Notes: a model not told the origin generated them from the letters alone. DNA of 63,747 nucleotides, filler included, from Klebsormidium nitens (GCA_000708835.1; 6 parts of 6 records of this genome joined end to end with filler, not necessarily neighbours in it), one strand, 5' to 3'; shown: positions 22,201 through 35,980, counted from the first letter of the whole stretch. Program-made: numbers and translations.

Positions 22201-24517
22201 AATCTACAAGAATAAGCAAAAATTCGCACCTGGCTCTTCTGGCCCGCTGCCACGAGCATGTCCTTGAAGAACTGCGCGGCGCCGTCGTTGGTCAAATTGC
22301 CCACGGACGAGCCCAGCCACATGATACACAGGTTCTCCGTTGGGTGGAGTTGTCGAACTTTCTGGAGCCCAGTTATGTACTCCGCTTCCACCAAGTCGAT
22401 GTCTTCGGCCTTCAGTCCAGTCACCAAGCTCATCAGGTTCGTTTTGGCCTCTTCCAGGAAGGAGGCGGAGACGTCGATGCCCGCAAATTTGCTGGCACCG
22501 TCTCTGCAAAGGGTAAAAAGCATTGGGGGCTTTTTCTTACTTGGTGGAGTAAAACTGAGGCGATCAAATTGGGCCTGTATGCTGACAGGATTGAAGGTGG
22601 TACGTCAGGACATGGTTATACTTTGTTCCAAGGTGCAAAGTTGGATTATCTGGGGGCATTGTTGTGATCAACTTGTCAGCAGAGCTAAGACTTGGGAGGG
22701 CTTGTATACTAGGGTAAGAAGCCCAAGTGACTAACATAAATAAGAGAGTGTCACGACAGAAGACAATTGTGGGTTGTCGTGAACCAGTGCTAGATGGAAA
22801 TGATACCAGGAACAAGGAGACTGCATGGAAAGCCTTTGTAATGCGACCAGCTCACCAAGACCCGAGAAGCTGACCCTAGAAGGCTCGGGCTGAAGCAAAA
22901 AGCCGTTCATGAGGAGAAAACGAGACTTGGGACAACTTGAAATTTTGGGTAGGCACATCAAGTAGCCTCCTCTGCCTACCTATTGCAACATTTCACAAGA
23001 TGGGCGGAGGCTTTTGAGACTTCAGGCCACAGATTGCATCCCAGTGCCTAGGAGCCCAGTGCCATTTTCAGTACAGTGGAAGGAAGGTAAAGCCAGTGCA
23101 GTAGGAGAGATGGGACATATCTGTCCCGCTTAGGCCACAAATTTTATTCACCTACAAGCTGGGCGAAGGTGCGCTGAATTAACCCCATTGCTGGCAAAGT
23201 TGCCTTTTAACAACATTGACCAAGGCTGGTTCCAAACTACCATTTCCCAAATACCCAGATACCACCAGTGCATCATTGCGCCCTTATACTCAGGCGCCCA
23301 CATCAGAGATGCGTAAGGAGACCCCAAACTGACCGTGGGTGCTGTCTCACATCAGCACATTTCAGGGTAAGATGTGTCGCATGCATGGGAGGGAGCTTTC
23401 TGACGCTCCCCCACGTTCCAAAGACCTCAAACAAGCAGTATGCATGCAGACCTTGACTCCAGCTACTCTGACACATGAGCGTGAATCTTTCACCAGTCAG
23501 CAAAATTTTGGGAGTGCCCAAAGGCCTTGAAGTTTAAACGCTTCCACTTCAGGAAGTTACCAGACATCTAAACGTGCTTAAGCACTCCCCTTCACCTCAA
23601 GCACTCCCCTGACGGACCTAGAAGTAGCAGTCGGTCCAGCGGCACTTGGCAAAGATGAACAAACCCTCAAAACAAGGGTGTGTTGAAAAGTCCACAATTT
23701 AAGGTCCCCATTAGCTGAGCTCTCCCTCATCTCAAAGCGCAAGAAACAGGAAGGATAAACATTAAGATTGCATAGTGCGCTCAACAAAACCTCCAAAGGC
23801 GCCACCTCACCTCTTGATCAGAGCTGACAGCAGCAGTCCCGTCTTCCTCGCGGTACCGCAGCCCAGTTCGACGATGACCGACCCCTTCGGGACGTGACTC
23901 ACGATGTCATCTGCATTCTTTTCCAGTATCGCTTGCTCAGCCCTAAATGGATAGTACTCCTCGAGCTCCGTTATCTGCTCATAGAGCTCGCTGCCCTTCT
24001 TGTCGTACAAATAGCTACAGGGAACGGTCTTTGGGCTGCCCCTCAGACCGGCCAACAGGCCCTGCGGACAGATGGTCGGCATTGTGGGCGTGTGGAGGTG
24101 ACAAGACAAGCAATGCTGGGGTTTAGAGGAGGCTGGGTTTCCGTACAGCAGAAAAGCTGGACTCGGCGCTGGAGACTAGACGTGATGGCAAAAAGTTGTG
24201 TCTCTTTGTGGGCTAGAGGAAGATGTGCCAAATGGTGGCAAAAGCAGAGGAAAATGCACTCTCCAGAGCAGGAGAGGGAACACCACGTCGTAGCGCAAGA
24301 GGCGTTGGAATGAACACCCAATGTGGCGGGATGGGCAGCAGAAAACAGGCGGTCGCACGCGGTACGTGGTGGCACTTCCAGCTGAAACGCAGCTGGCACT
24401 GCGAAACTGGGAAGTGAAGCCTACCCTGTTGAGGTCCCTCGTTGCACCTTTTCGAAAAGGTCCAAAGTAGGTGACAAAAGCTGGCTTTATGGTGCCTCTG
24501 TGAGGCTCCTTCCGCAT
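16298..24517 (-). CDS. egt1: Egt1-type ergothioneine biosynthesis fusion (EgtD histidine methyltransferase + EgtB-like sulfoxide synthase), about 742 aa
   Basis: Exons 24517-24425, 24061-23811, 22503-22230, 21170-20944, 20534-20297, 19414-18941, 18474-18308, 17814-17694, 17248-17085, 16517-16298 (2229 nt, phases consistent). EgtD motifs PKTVPCSYLYDKKGSELYEQITELEEYY, VELGCG, WLGSSVGN, ELSRKF. DinB_2 motifs RHPFLFYYGH, RGIDP and metal-binding EHERMHQETL. FGE domain WDNEGP, WEWT, YPEYSTDFFD, RDSFRNYYQ..YPY. The true start may lie further upstream. Confidence 0.92.
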
Positions 24518-25349
24518 TCTTCTGATCAGCCGGGTCAGTAGATAGATAAGCTATAGCCTTCATAGGTAACCATAGCCTTAGGCTTAGGTAAGATTTCGTA
24601 GTGGGCAATCCACTCAGTATAGTCACATGGTCATGCAGCTTCGTCCACGTGTGCGAGTCTCCTTCCTCAGCTGCTTCCTGCCGACGCCGGCCGCATGCAG
24701 GCGCGACGAAGCAGCATGCCTCCGAAGGGTTCACCATCAGCTCAACGGCATTATTTTTACGGCCCAGATTGCGCGCGCGTGCCAAACGGCATATCAACGG
24801 CATTGATAGCAACCGGCACGGCTCTCCGGAGGCAAGAACCGTCAATGTGCCGGTAAGTTGGACCATGTACCGCAGAGGAATTCTGGACCGAGACCCCCTG
24901 CTGGACGTGCAGCGCGGAAGTGGATCGGTCCGGGTGCCGATAGTGTCGATATAGGGCCCGGGGCCGTCGAGGGGGTTAGCAGTCTGACCCGTCTCACGGA
25001 AAAAACCACCGGACCGCCGGCCGAATATGTACTATCGAGTGGACCGTTCTGGAAGCCTGCCAACAGAGCACCCGACCACGTAAGCAGGCTACCGGCCGTC
25101 CGAAAAAGTCTGCCAACACAGCAACCAGGCCAAGTAAGCAGGCTGTTGGGCGTCCGAAACTGTTCCGAGCTGCGGCCCGGAAATCAGGGTATAAGAGGTC
25201 GGATATTGTCTCATTTCTCTCATTTCCAACCGGCCCTCTTCCGCATCTGAGTCTTTTCCGACCTGTCTAGCACTCCATCAGAGACAACCATCGCTAACCA
25301 GCAAGCAGTCCGGCCACCCCTCTTGACATCTTGAGAAAGCTCGGGGAAC

Positions 25350-26275
25350 ATGCAGTCAACCCCGGGTTCCAGTCCGGCCCGACTGCACACCTCGAGTCAG
25401 AGGGAGGTTAGCTGTGGCAACATCATTGTAGATCCACAAGCCTACGGAACCATCCCCGCCAATGCACTAGCTACCAAGTGCCCACTTTGCAAACAAACAG
25501 TTGTGACAAAGGACTACCAACTCACATTCCGGAAAAACCATGCATTGAAGGGCTTTGTAATCAGCTCACCCGAATCGGTCGCCAGGGGTCAGAAAAAGCG
25601 CTGGCCTCTTTGTCTTGAGTGCGTAAAGCGGCATTTCGGTCCCGTCACCCAGTGTGCTGACAAGCTCACAATCAGCGTAGCAAGAACCAACCGGAGCTCG
25701 GTGGGTTCAGCTGAAGTCTGGTTCCAGCGCGAAAAACTAGGGGAGCCATGGAGCCAAGTGAAAGAGGTGTCTGGGGCCGAGATTGGCGGACTGCAAGAGA
25801 AGGCAGAGGAGGAACGACCAGGCGGGCGCCGCAAGACTACTGCAGCGCAAGCAGCGGTGAACAGGGGCCGAAAAGTGGGGGAGACAACAAGATCCAGCGC
25901 GCAAGCAGTGGAGGTAAGCGGGAATGCATCGGATCTTCCATTCCTAGAAGTCTCTGCATCTATTTGTGAATGTTTGATTGAGCACTATCCGTATGCTTTT
26001 TTAAAGCCTAGAAAATGCTGCGTAACTGATCCAAATGTGCACAACAAGAAAAACCATACAAGAATACAGAAAAAGTCAAAGATCTCAGGCTGATAAATCA
26101 CACCGCGGCTAGGAGCCTTGTGGAGCATTTACAAGTCTTCCACCATTTGCGGCATGTCTAACCAGATGTTTTTGTTGTGGATGCAGGGGCAACTTCACTC
26201 GGAGAACGGCGAAGCGTCCGACGCGGAGGGTTGCCGGACCATCGTCGACCAAGCTGTGATGTATCTCGATGGCCT
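25350..26275 (+). CDS. Hypothetical protein with a CxxC...CxxC Zn-finger-like N-terminus; spliced, runs into a gap
   Basis: ATG at 25350; CPLC and CLEC motifs; donor GTAAGC near 25913; acceptor ATGCAG near 26186 followed by an open frame to the gap. Confidence 0.45.
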
Positions 26276-26529
26276 NNNNNNNNNNNNNNNNNNNNNNNNN
26301 NNNNNNNNNNNNNNNNNNNTTAATTAATTAANNNNNNNNNNNNNNNNNNNNNNNNNNNNNNNNNNNNNNNNNNNNATGACGGCTATCCGTCAGCAGAATG
26401 AGCAAATGCGCGAGCTGGCCGTCGCTGAAGTGCAGGCACATGCGGACGCTAAAGCGATCCGGTCTCTGACTGTCGGAGCGCCTCGCAGAGGCTCGGGGCG
26501 GCAACTAGGGTACTGAACGTGAGCAATGT

Positions 26530-26905
26530 TTTTGAGAAAAAACAATGTTTATTCAACAATTTGTGATGAATTGGATATATTCGCTATTGTTTTTGATACG
26601 AGCTCAGTTAGAGCTCTCCAAAAACATACTTGGTTTTGAGATTGACCCCCCCTGGAAATAAATAAACATGAATAAACATGTTTAAAACTTCAAAACGTGT
26701 TTGTACATATGATCGGGCAAAGCCACGTTTTTTTGAGCCCGATAAACATAATACCTAAACAAACATGTTTTTGGTTTAAAACACGGTTTAAACACGTTTT
26801 TTTGGTATAAAACATGTTCTTCTTGTTTAAATGGCATTGTTTATAAACTAGTAAAAGCCACGATATATTCAGACTCTCAGCCGATCATATGTACGTTTAA
26901 AACAT
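26530..26905. repeat. AT-rich cluster of AAACA(T/C)GTTT-like palindromic motifs
   Basis: Many copies, for example TAAACATGTTTAAAAC, AAACGTGTTT, AAACATGTTTTT, AAACACGTTTT, AAAACATGTT, in a local AT peak. Confidence 0.75.
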
Positions 26906-29900
26906 GAGTTGCCGCCCCGGGCGCAGAGACAGAGAGCAAGATCGTCGAGCTGTCAGCTGGGGTAGCTTCCTGTGCGTCCTGACTTGCTGCACCGTCCTCT
27001 GTGGGTGGTGCCTGTGCGGCCGGGACCTGTTCTTTCTCTGTGGCTGGAGCCATGATTAGTTGCTCAGTCTTGGCCCTTGCTGATGCACAAATGGGACCAG
27101 GCCACCGCAAGCATTCTCTCTAGTCTCAGCGTCACTTCTGACTAGCTTCGCTTTTTACCCGGGCCATAGAATACTTTGACACTGCCGGCCTAATCTGCCA
27201 GGGTGGAACCGGGCTACGAGCAATTTGAGCTGGTCAGGTGGTGGAGGGCAGCTCCACAGATGGGCATCAGCAACTGTGCGCAGCCTGCTTGATCTGGGGT
27301 CACCAGCATTGAACCGCAGGTTGAGCTGCCAAAACTGAGCTCCGGTACACTCAGCTCCAAGCCGTCGGCATAATAGGAGCAGCGCCATCAAAATAGCTGG
27401 CAGAGAGCACCACCATTGAAGCTGCATTACGAGCTGCGGGCAATGGCTTCCAATTTGCATTTCCACTGGGAAAGGTACTTGCGCTGTTACAAGCAAGGAG
27501 GAAGGGCTGTTCGGGACCCTTCCCCCTTGTTCGTTGTAGACGAAGCAACAATTCCGGGCCAGCCCCTGGCTCACGACCTCTGCATCGCTTCTATGCAGGC
27601 AGCTCTGTATGGAGAGACGTCAGCTCTAGTGTGGCATCTGTGAGGAAAGTCAGCAAGATTTACTTAGCGTAGTCAGGCAGCGGGGTGCGTCGCCCATCCT
27701 GCTAGTGGAGATGGGGGGCTTTAAGCTGAAGGCTCAACTGGCTACTGGCTGGTAGCGCTGCCAGCTCGATTACAAGGCACAGATTGATAAGCTGCACGAA
27801 AAGTTGACATCAAAATGCCATCCGCCGTTCATGTTAACAGTCAGCTGATGTGCGATCGTTTTTCACTTCTCCAGCGGCTCATCAGCATCTGAAGAATCCC
27901 AAGGCGAGGACATTCAAGGTGTTGAGTACGCTGCTCGATCTGTTGATGGGTCCAAGTCCGGACGTTCTCTAGAGAGTTTCTTGAATGATGAAGACTCCGC
28001 AAGCATCCAAGGCCCGAACTTCTACCGGGCACTCACGAATGAAAACAGTCTCAGCCCAGCTCAACTACCGAAAGATCTTGAGAAGAGCAAGAAGAGCCGG
28101 GCTCCGGTGAGTCACTCGCACATTGCTTCAACGTGGTTGGCAGGCCTTGCTCTATCCCAAGTCCATATACATGGGGTCAGACTATCAGGGACTTCACAAT
28201 CTGGTTCTTTCTAGCCGCGCGCTTCAGTCTGCTTCTAGTATCCTTGCTGAGTGCAGTCTAGTGTGACCTTGCATTCATAAAATGGGTCTCTAGACCAGTT
28301 GATGCGGTGCTCATGATTATGTATACTTGTCCAGGGGTTCTCGCCTACCTCTCCGTTCCCTTGGACCTCCGGCAGCGCTTTCAAGAAGGGATTCAGCACA
28401 CCACCACCATGCATACGCAAGGTAAGAACGGAAGCCTAAAGGCGGCTATTCGTGCAAGCTTGACGGTGACTTGTTGCAGCTGGTTGTCATGGGTGTGCCA
28501 ACTTGATTGAAGCATGAACATCAAGTTTCGAGGCTCATGCTACATGGCCTGTGGCTGTATGCGGCGCAGCACCCTTTGCTAATAGAAGCTCACTGGGGTT
28601 TGCTTGCAGCCAGATTTGACATCCGGCAATTGTCGTATTTCACAGGTGGCTCCGTCTTGCCGCCCCTTAGTTGAGCAGCAGCACGGCAGTGTGGGCAAGA
28701 GGTTGTCAGGCGAAGCTTCACTCGAAGAGGACCTCGGCCCCATGATATTGACAGGGCAAGCGCTTGACAGGAAGCGTCGCCGCATCATCTTCTCGCAAGA
28801 TTCTGAGGAAAGGCATCTGCTGCTGTCCCCACGACTGCACTTCCAGAGGTGAATATGCGGTCGTACTTGCAGCATAGGAGCTTGCAGTTAGTGACTTCAC
28901 CGAGATGCAGATACAGTACGTACTAGTTGAAGGCCCAGATGTGCGCGTTCGCATTGCTCGTCTTTCTGTGTGTGTATCACATGGCGACGTGGTCCCCAGC
29001 CTTGACGATGACTGATCTGATATTTGCAGGAAGTGGGCCCTCGAGTCGGATTCGCAGCGCGTGCTCTTGGATGCAACCAGGAGCAGACAGTTGTCGACGA
29101 GCAAGCCCAGGTATATCGATTGCTCGACTGTGCATAGTACTTAGCAGGTCTTTAGTAGGGGCCTGAAATTTTAGGGTAATGCCTTCGGTTGTTCAAGCGT
29201 CCGATGCTTGTTCCTGAAAAATGATAGACACACTAATGGACCTGAGGCAATCAAACCTTTTCCATCAACTTTCAGCTTCTAAGTAGCCTCCTATGCAGGA
29301 TTCTCGAGTTCCGAGCAATATTCAGATCTTTGTCGGATGCACTCAGATTAGGAAGCAATAATACCTCACATCGTGACTGAGAGTGTGTCCTAAGCTCCGA
29401 ATCAATGAATCGTGATGACTAGTACGAAGCCTTATGCGAGCGGGCCGAGGCCGGCCATGCCTTATACAAGCGGCGAATTATTGTTGGATTCTGCAATGGT
29501 ATGTTGGAGATGCTGCTACAAGCTTGGTTGTCTCGTGACTGCATCTCGGCACATATCAAGCGCATCAAGATTGACTCGGATGCACATGACCTATTAGTAC
29601 TGGGTGCAGCCATTGGCACGGGAACAAATCGTATCCTAGATATTAAGACATCTGTAGAAATGGAATCAATATTTGTTCCCAGCCAATCTCAGATCAGCAA
29701 ACAACCCGCTATGGCTCTCTTCGCCGCGACTGCTGAAATTCAGATCCGTTCGGCCGAAGTTGCACCCCAGAAGATTCTCTCGGCGCTCTCCTCTACTTCC
29801 CTCACTTCGTTGCAATTGGTTCTTAGCTAGGTGTTGTTATTTTGGGGCGAGGATGTACCGGCTGGTTTCGCCTGCTCGTCATCGTCAGGCGGCACACACT

Positions 29901-30199
29901 GCTTATCCCGTGTAGCCTGCAACGAGTGGATGTCCATTAGTCAGTAAAGTACGCGACAATAGCAAAGCTGACACGCTAGGCAATTTGATGGCGCTGCAAA
30001 CCAGGCTGAGCCTGACCTTCTTGATTAAACACGAGCTACTGAAGAGGCACCGGCGCATTGAACTTATACTTTTGGAAACTAGGCTTGGAGCGGCGATGAA
30101 AGAATGAGGACAAACCAGGGTACGTGTGAGACAAGGTTCAGAATAGACAAGTGGGCCACTATTACGTGTGCCGTTCCAGCCTTTAACATGCTAAGGCTT

Positions 30200-33100
30200 C
30201 TCTGTTCCTGTCCACGTAGAGGGGGTGCGCATCAGGGGGCTCACCAAGAGGTCGTCCGGGAGGTAGTTCCGGATGGAGTCCCTCTCTAGCCTCAGCCGCC
30301 GGAACAACCACAGCACATCCTCCCACTTCCGCAGCTCGAAGCCGTCCGGCAGTGCCCAGGGCCAGCTCCTCAGGTCGTACGGCAGCCTCCGGTAGTTGTC
30401 CTCATCGTCCTTCTCGGTGAACAGCTCCGCGAACTCAGCAATCACGACCCGCAGTCGGGTCTGCGCTGCCATGCGCCTCCAGTCCTGCAAGATGGCAATA
30501 ACGCAGAGAGATTCGACAGGGGACATTTTTTTGTATGACATAAACGCTTGCACAGCCACTCCGCATGTGGAAAATCACGATCGAAGCATAAACCACTCAA
30601 CATCTCGCTCATCAATCTGCATGCTCGCTGATTCCGCAAGTCCACCTCAAACGTACGCTTAATGAAGATATAGAAAACGTTCCGTTTATGAGGCCTCACC
30701 ACAACGTCCCTGCCCAGATATGCCGCTATCTGTTCGCTCAGCTTGCCCCGCACAAGCGCCTTGAAGTCTTCCTGCCAACAAGATAAACAAAGACCAAATC
30801 AGCACCACAAGGAACCAAACGCACGCTTGACAAGAGCCTGCCCCACCTGATAATTATATGATGCAAGTCGGTGCAAAGGTCCAGCCTTGGCAGAGTTCCT
30901 TGCAGATGTTTCTTTCTGACTTGTAAACCTCACTATGGTCCAGACACAAACAGGGACGTAACCATGCAGGCTTTCGTGCTGCAAGTGCAGTCCACCCAGG
31001 TGCTGACTTCACCAAAGTTGATTTGATCAGCAGCAGCAATTTCTAATGGGTCGAAAGAGAGTTGGCAGCTTCTGAAAGCATGCCAAGTGCGAGAAGCAAA
31101 GACGCACAACAAAGGACGATCTCAAGGATACGGCTCCCGGCTCCCATAAATAAAGTGGATGGAGCACAAAGCCCACAGGCTCTGTAAGCCTTTTGTAAAA
31201 GCCTTCGTAAATTTTCGAAGGCCCACAGAGCGAAAGCAGCAACAACATCGACAGTACATCGTAGACTCCCGAAGTGACCCCTTGCAAAAACTGAGATACC
31301 AACACCCACAGAGGTACTTGTTTTCTCCTCAGAAGAGACTAAACAGCGGGCAACCTGACTCTCTCAGATAAACTGTACAGCGGGCAACCTGGATGGGGGC
31401 AACTGGCTGGAACAGAAGAGAACAGAAGTACATGAGCAGCGCACTGCATCCCGCTGCTGATTTTGAGAACGACCAGCACAACCAATCGCTCCCGAAGGAG
31501 GGACCTTAGAGACACTGTTCCATACCGGGTGTCTGACGGAAGGGCTCACCCGATCAGGGCTGCTGGGGTCCGCTTGGTTGTCGTCCAGCATTTGGAGTTG
31601 GGGGGGCACGTGTCGATCGCGTACGACGAGCTCCAACCACTTCTTCCAGTTAGGGCCGAGATCCTTCAGGTGCACGAGGACTGGGAGATGGTATTGCTGC
31701 GGCAAAGGGAAAGGAAACGCTTAAGGGAAGGTTTGGATTGGACAAGCATTTCCAATGCAATGAAAGAATATATGAGTTCCAATATCTTACAAGCCCCTTC
31801 CATAAGTAGTGGTTGGCCAACAGTCTCATATCTCTGTTTGATGGCAGGCTCCTGAGAAGCATTGGACAGCTTCAATGAAGGATGAGTCTGAAAATGTGCT
31901 CCCACTTAAGAGAGACAAAGCACCAGAACTCACGACGAGACGGCGGAATGACGGCAAGGCTGACGTAGCCCACGGGAACTTCGGGTGCGTCCAGAATGCC
32001 CCAGAGGGGTTGAGCACTCGGATCAGGTGAGCAACAACCGTCACAGCAAAGCGGGGGCTATGCGACGGGATGGCGACGTTGTAGGGGGGCGGGATCACTC
32101 TCTGCGTCGTGGCATCGTACCCAAACCGTTCGCGCTCCATGTCAGCCCACTCGACGTACTTCCGGACGTAGTGCTGCAAGAATGGATACACCCCCTGAGC
32201 GAGACATCACCTGCATCGTATGGGCCTGTTCCACGACTTTACATCGTCACCGCAGTGTGACAGTTTAGATCAAGGTTTGAGAAACAACTAGGTTCATCTT
32301 GGGGTGCCAGAGTGGTGAAATCTCTCAAGTACTATTGCAAAATCAGCGAAGGGTTCGCTGAAAGGGAGGGCAAGTGACCATGACAAAGCAGTCTCATAAC
32401 AGCTTCCGCCATGAAGCTAGCGGGCACAATCAGAAGCGAGTATCTCACCAGTTCAGCTGGCCCGCAGTGCACGTACTGGAACGTGCCAAGAGGTGCATAG
32501 GGGTCTGTCTGCATAGGAGCAAACATCAATGACAGAGTCTAACCAGCAAAGAGCTCGACATCTCCTGATACTGTCTTGGCACTAGAACATGTTTACACTG
32601 CCTTAGGCATTAAAACTTGATCGAAAATGAGCATTGGAACAGCGAACATCTTGCAGTCAAGCACAAGGCCAGAGAAAAGGCATACTTGGAGAAAAGAGAC
32701 GAGAACCTACTCCCTTGGCGCCTGAGAAGCCAGCGTTGGTCAGCCCACTGTGGCCCACATACGTGTCGTTCAGCACGAGTTTCTTCTTGTGCAAAGCCAC
32801 AACAGCAACTGAGAAGGCGACCCCATGGACGTGGCTGAATGCTGCCTGAGCCGACTGCTTCAGCAGCACTGCAGCTTCCTGGGGAGACTTCATACTGCAG
32901 AGCAGAAGATTTCAATCAGCTGGTTCTATCACTCCGACCACTTTGAATTCAAGGCTGGACTTTTGCGACATTTCCATCAACTTCTGTACGCTAAAAAACC
33001 AACCCCCCGGTGACGCTCGCAGAACTTCTGGTTTCTGCACCTTGACTTTCAAGAAGCAAAAGCCAACAAGCACTCACTATTTCTCTTGTGAAATCTTGAG

Positions 33101-35980
33101 ATACTCCGGGCAGAAATCCTCCGGTGTTTCGCTCGCACGCAACAGGCTTGTTCCTGCAAAGATACTTTGCCAAAATCACACTCAAACTCCATCAACCAGG
33201 CCCAGACTCCAACTCGAGCGCCAAGCTTCAGTCAATGGCATTTTTGGAAGCAAGAAGCTGGTCAGCGATGATTGGCCTGGTCAGTGCTTGACAATATGGG
33301 CATGTTCAAACGATGGACTAACAATCCACCACATGCGCCCACCATTCTCACCAGGCGAGCCAGCAAACACGATGGGAAGGGCAGGTTTCGCGCTGAGGGA
33401 GTAGCCGCGCCGTGCCATCAGCTCAGGATCAAAGAGAAGACTTGGCAGCATGAAAGGCGAGTTTTTCGGTGTGGGGTCCAATCTCGTCACAGTCACGAGC
33501 CGCGCGCCCAGAGGGACCTGCGGAAAATTCCCAGTGTGTCAATCTTGGCCCAATGCACGAACTATGGCTTGGCCACAGCAAGATTAAGAGCTGGAAACTC
33601 GACGGCCCAGACACAGTTAAAGTCAAACACAACTCAACAGTGAAGCTTGGGTGGATCAACCAATGGCCCCAACATGAAAGCTTTGCCCCTCCAAGGGCAC
33701 ATTCGCCAGAAGGAATCACTGATACTTCAGGAGAACGCTTACCTTGGCAGGTCCGGTCGTGGAGTGCGTGAGAAGCGCTAGATCAGGATCCATGACGTTC
33801 AAGTTGGTGTAGTACTCGCCGGTGACGGGGTCGTGTGTGTGGGGCAGAGCGAGTCCAGCAGTCCCGTAGTGAGTACGGGCATCATCGGCAGCTTGGAGGA
33901 GGGCATCTGCGGAGGCCTCCTTGGAGACCTTGGCCTTGGCGTACTTGACTTGGTCCACCTGTTTCAGCTCCTCCGATGCCTCGAGCACGCGCCTGGAGGG
34001 ACAAACCACAACTATCTAATCACACTGTTGGAAACTAAAACCTGGGGTTAGTTTGCGAAATGCCACATAAGGTGCCATTTGTGGCAGTTATGGTTGACCA
34101 TATACGTGCGCCGCACAACCAGTGATTTGCGACAGGCCAGCAGGCTCTGGTTGCGCCCCTGTCTGGCGGTTGCAATGAAACCCAAAAATCAAAGCCTCGA
34201 CCTCTCCTTGAACCTGATTCACCTTGTCCCACGAAGTCAACAAAAGGAGGTTCAAAGAGAGTTGGAGCAGCAGGATTTCTTTGAGCAGCAGGTTTTTTGA
34301 CACCATCCAGATTTGGATTTTGAAGTAACTCCGACTACAATGCATCTTTGCTGATTAAGCCTTTCCAGCATTCTTTTGAGTTAAAAACCGCAAACCTCCA
34401 GGAACAATGGCGACTCTTCAGCAGAAAGAATAACCTTACCGAGCCTGTGCAGACGCAAAGAATCCTGGGCGGGCCTTTGTCCCCGAGACCCCCTGTATGT
34501 AGCATGCAATTTGGAGAGCAGAAACAGTTTCGCTATGCTTGGTACAGTCCCCCCGGTCCAGCACAGCGTGGCTGTTGGTCAGGACACCCCAGGGGGACAC
34601 AAGGCCCCCAGACGCAGAGGCTGTCTTGTACTTGACATCATCGGCCACGGGATCTGCATACCACGCAGCCTCAATCCGCACACTGCTATCCGCCTGCAGG
34701 AACAACAGTACAAGACATGTGAACGTCCAATGCAAAATATGCTTTGTCTAATCTTAGAAAATGCGCGTGTGAGGATCACCCACAATAACTTTCAAAACTG
34801 CAGATTTGTTTGGAACTTGAAGAGCTATAGTAGTCATCCTGCTAGCCCTCTGCTCTGCTTGCTTCAATGGAGCAGCATGTGAATTGTTACCTCAGAAGTG
34901 ATTGCAAATTTGCCTGGAAGTAACTTTAAGGGTTCTTTTGATCAGCTCTCTGGATCATGGCTTCTGCTGACAGATAATAGAGTTCACATCCTCAGCAGAA
35001 GGAAGCAACACAACAGCAGTGCAAAGCACATTGCATCAAAGTTGAGCTTCACCACTGCCAAGTCTGACAAGGCCGGAGGCTGAAAGACTATGCAATACAC
35101 GACTTACTTCTGTCTCACACAGAAGTTCAATCAAAAGTAGACCCAAACATAAGACCAACACAAACAGCATCTTACTAGGAGGACCTGCTGGGCCATGTCC
35201 ATCCTACTGAAGGCCACAACCGGGTTCCAGCCATGGGAGGCATCCTTGCCAGCCATGATCTCCGTCACTGTTGGGCGCGTGCTAACATATTGCTCCCCTT
35301 CATTGCTGTCCACCTCAACCGCCAACAGGGGTAGGAACTCCAAGTTCTTCGGGTCTCCAAAAAGGACCCCTCTCTCCCTGGGGAAATCGGATGGGGAGGC
35401 CTCCTCCCTGTACAGAGAGAAGAACTCCATTTAAAGGACTAAAGATCGCCAACCCACAGTAGGATGGTTCTGAGTGACTGAAGAAGCACCAGGGATACCT
35501 ATACAAAACATCTGCAGACCATGAGGTTGCTCCCGCTGCATCTGCCAAGCAATCTAGGACTGGTGGTCATCCTGATACCCTATAAAACTGGCCTCATCAA
35601 GGACAGGTAGAGAACAGCAAACAACCCACGTCTCAGAAGAAGGCTCCAGGAGCGGCGCAGTCTCTGGCGGGGCAGCGAAAGTAAAGCCCAGGTCCTCGAG
35701 CGTTTCTGTATCATCATCCCCCTCCAGCTTGAAGCTCTCTACTGCCTCTTCAAACGTTTTATCGGCCGCTGTCGGATCCATGCCAGATCCAATGAGATTG
35801 CTGACTGCTTGGGCCCTGCGCTTCAAAACTCTCCTCAGTGCAACACAGGCTGCAACTTTACATTCCGGATCCACACTCAGCAAGAAGCTTGCCACTTGAT
35901 CGAACTTGAAGCAGTGAAAATCTTCAACACGAAGCTTGCCAGCGGGTAGACACACACACCGGGTAGATGCGATGGAGGAC
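30200..35980 (-). CDS. Uncharacterised multi-exon gene or genes; exon chain not fully resolved
   Basis: Splice-bounded, coding-like segments near 35.6-35.9 kb, 35.2-35.4 kb, 34.6 kb, 33.74-33.99 kb, 33.3-33.5 kb, 32.45-32.5 kb, 31.97-32.18 kb, 31.55-31.68 kb and 30.2-30.5 kb; no family recognised. Confidence 0.45.

Noticed and set aside
16298-24517. OvoA (ovothiol synthase)
   Set aside because: The methyltransferase is N-terminal and EgtD-type; OvoA carries a C-terminal methyltransferase of another family.
24955-26915. TIR pair CCCGGGGC around the Zn-finger ORF
   Set aside because: Only 8 bp match in GC-rich DNA, there is no TSD, and the interval spans a gap.
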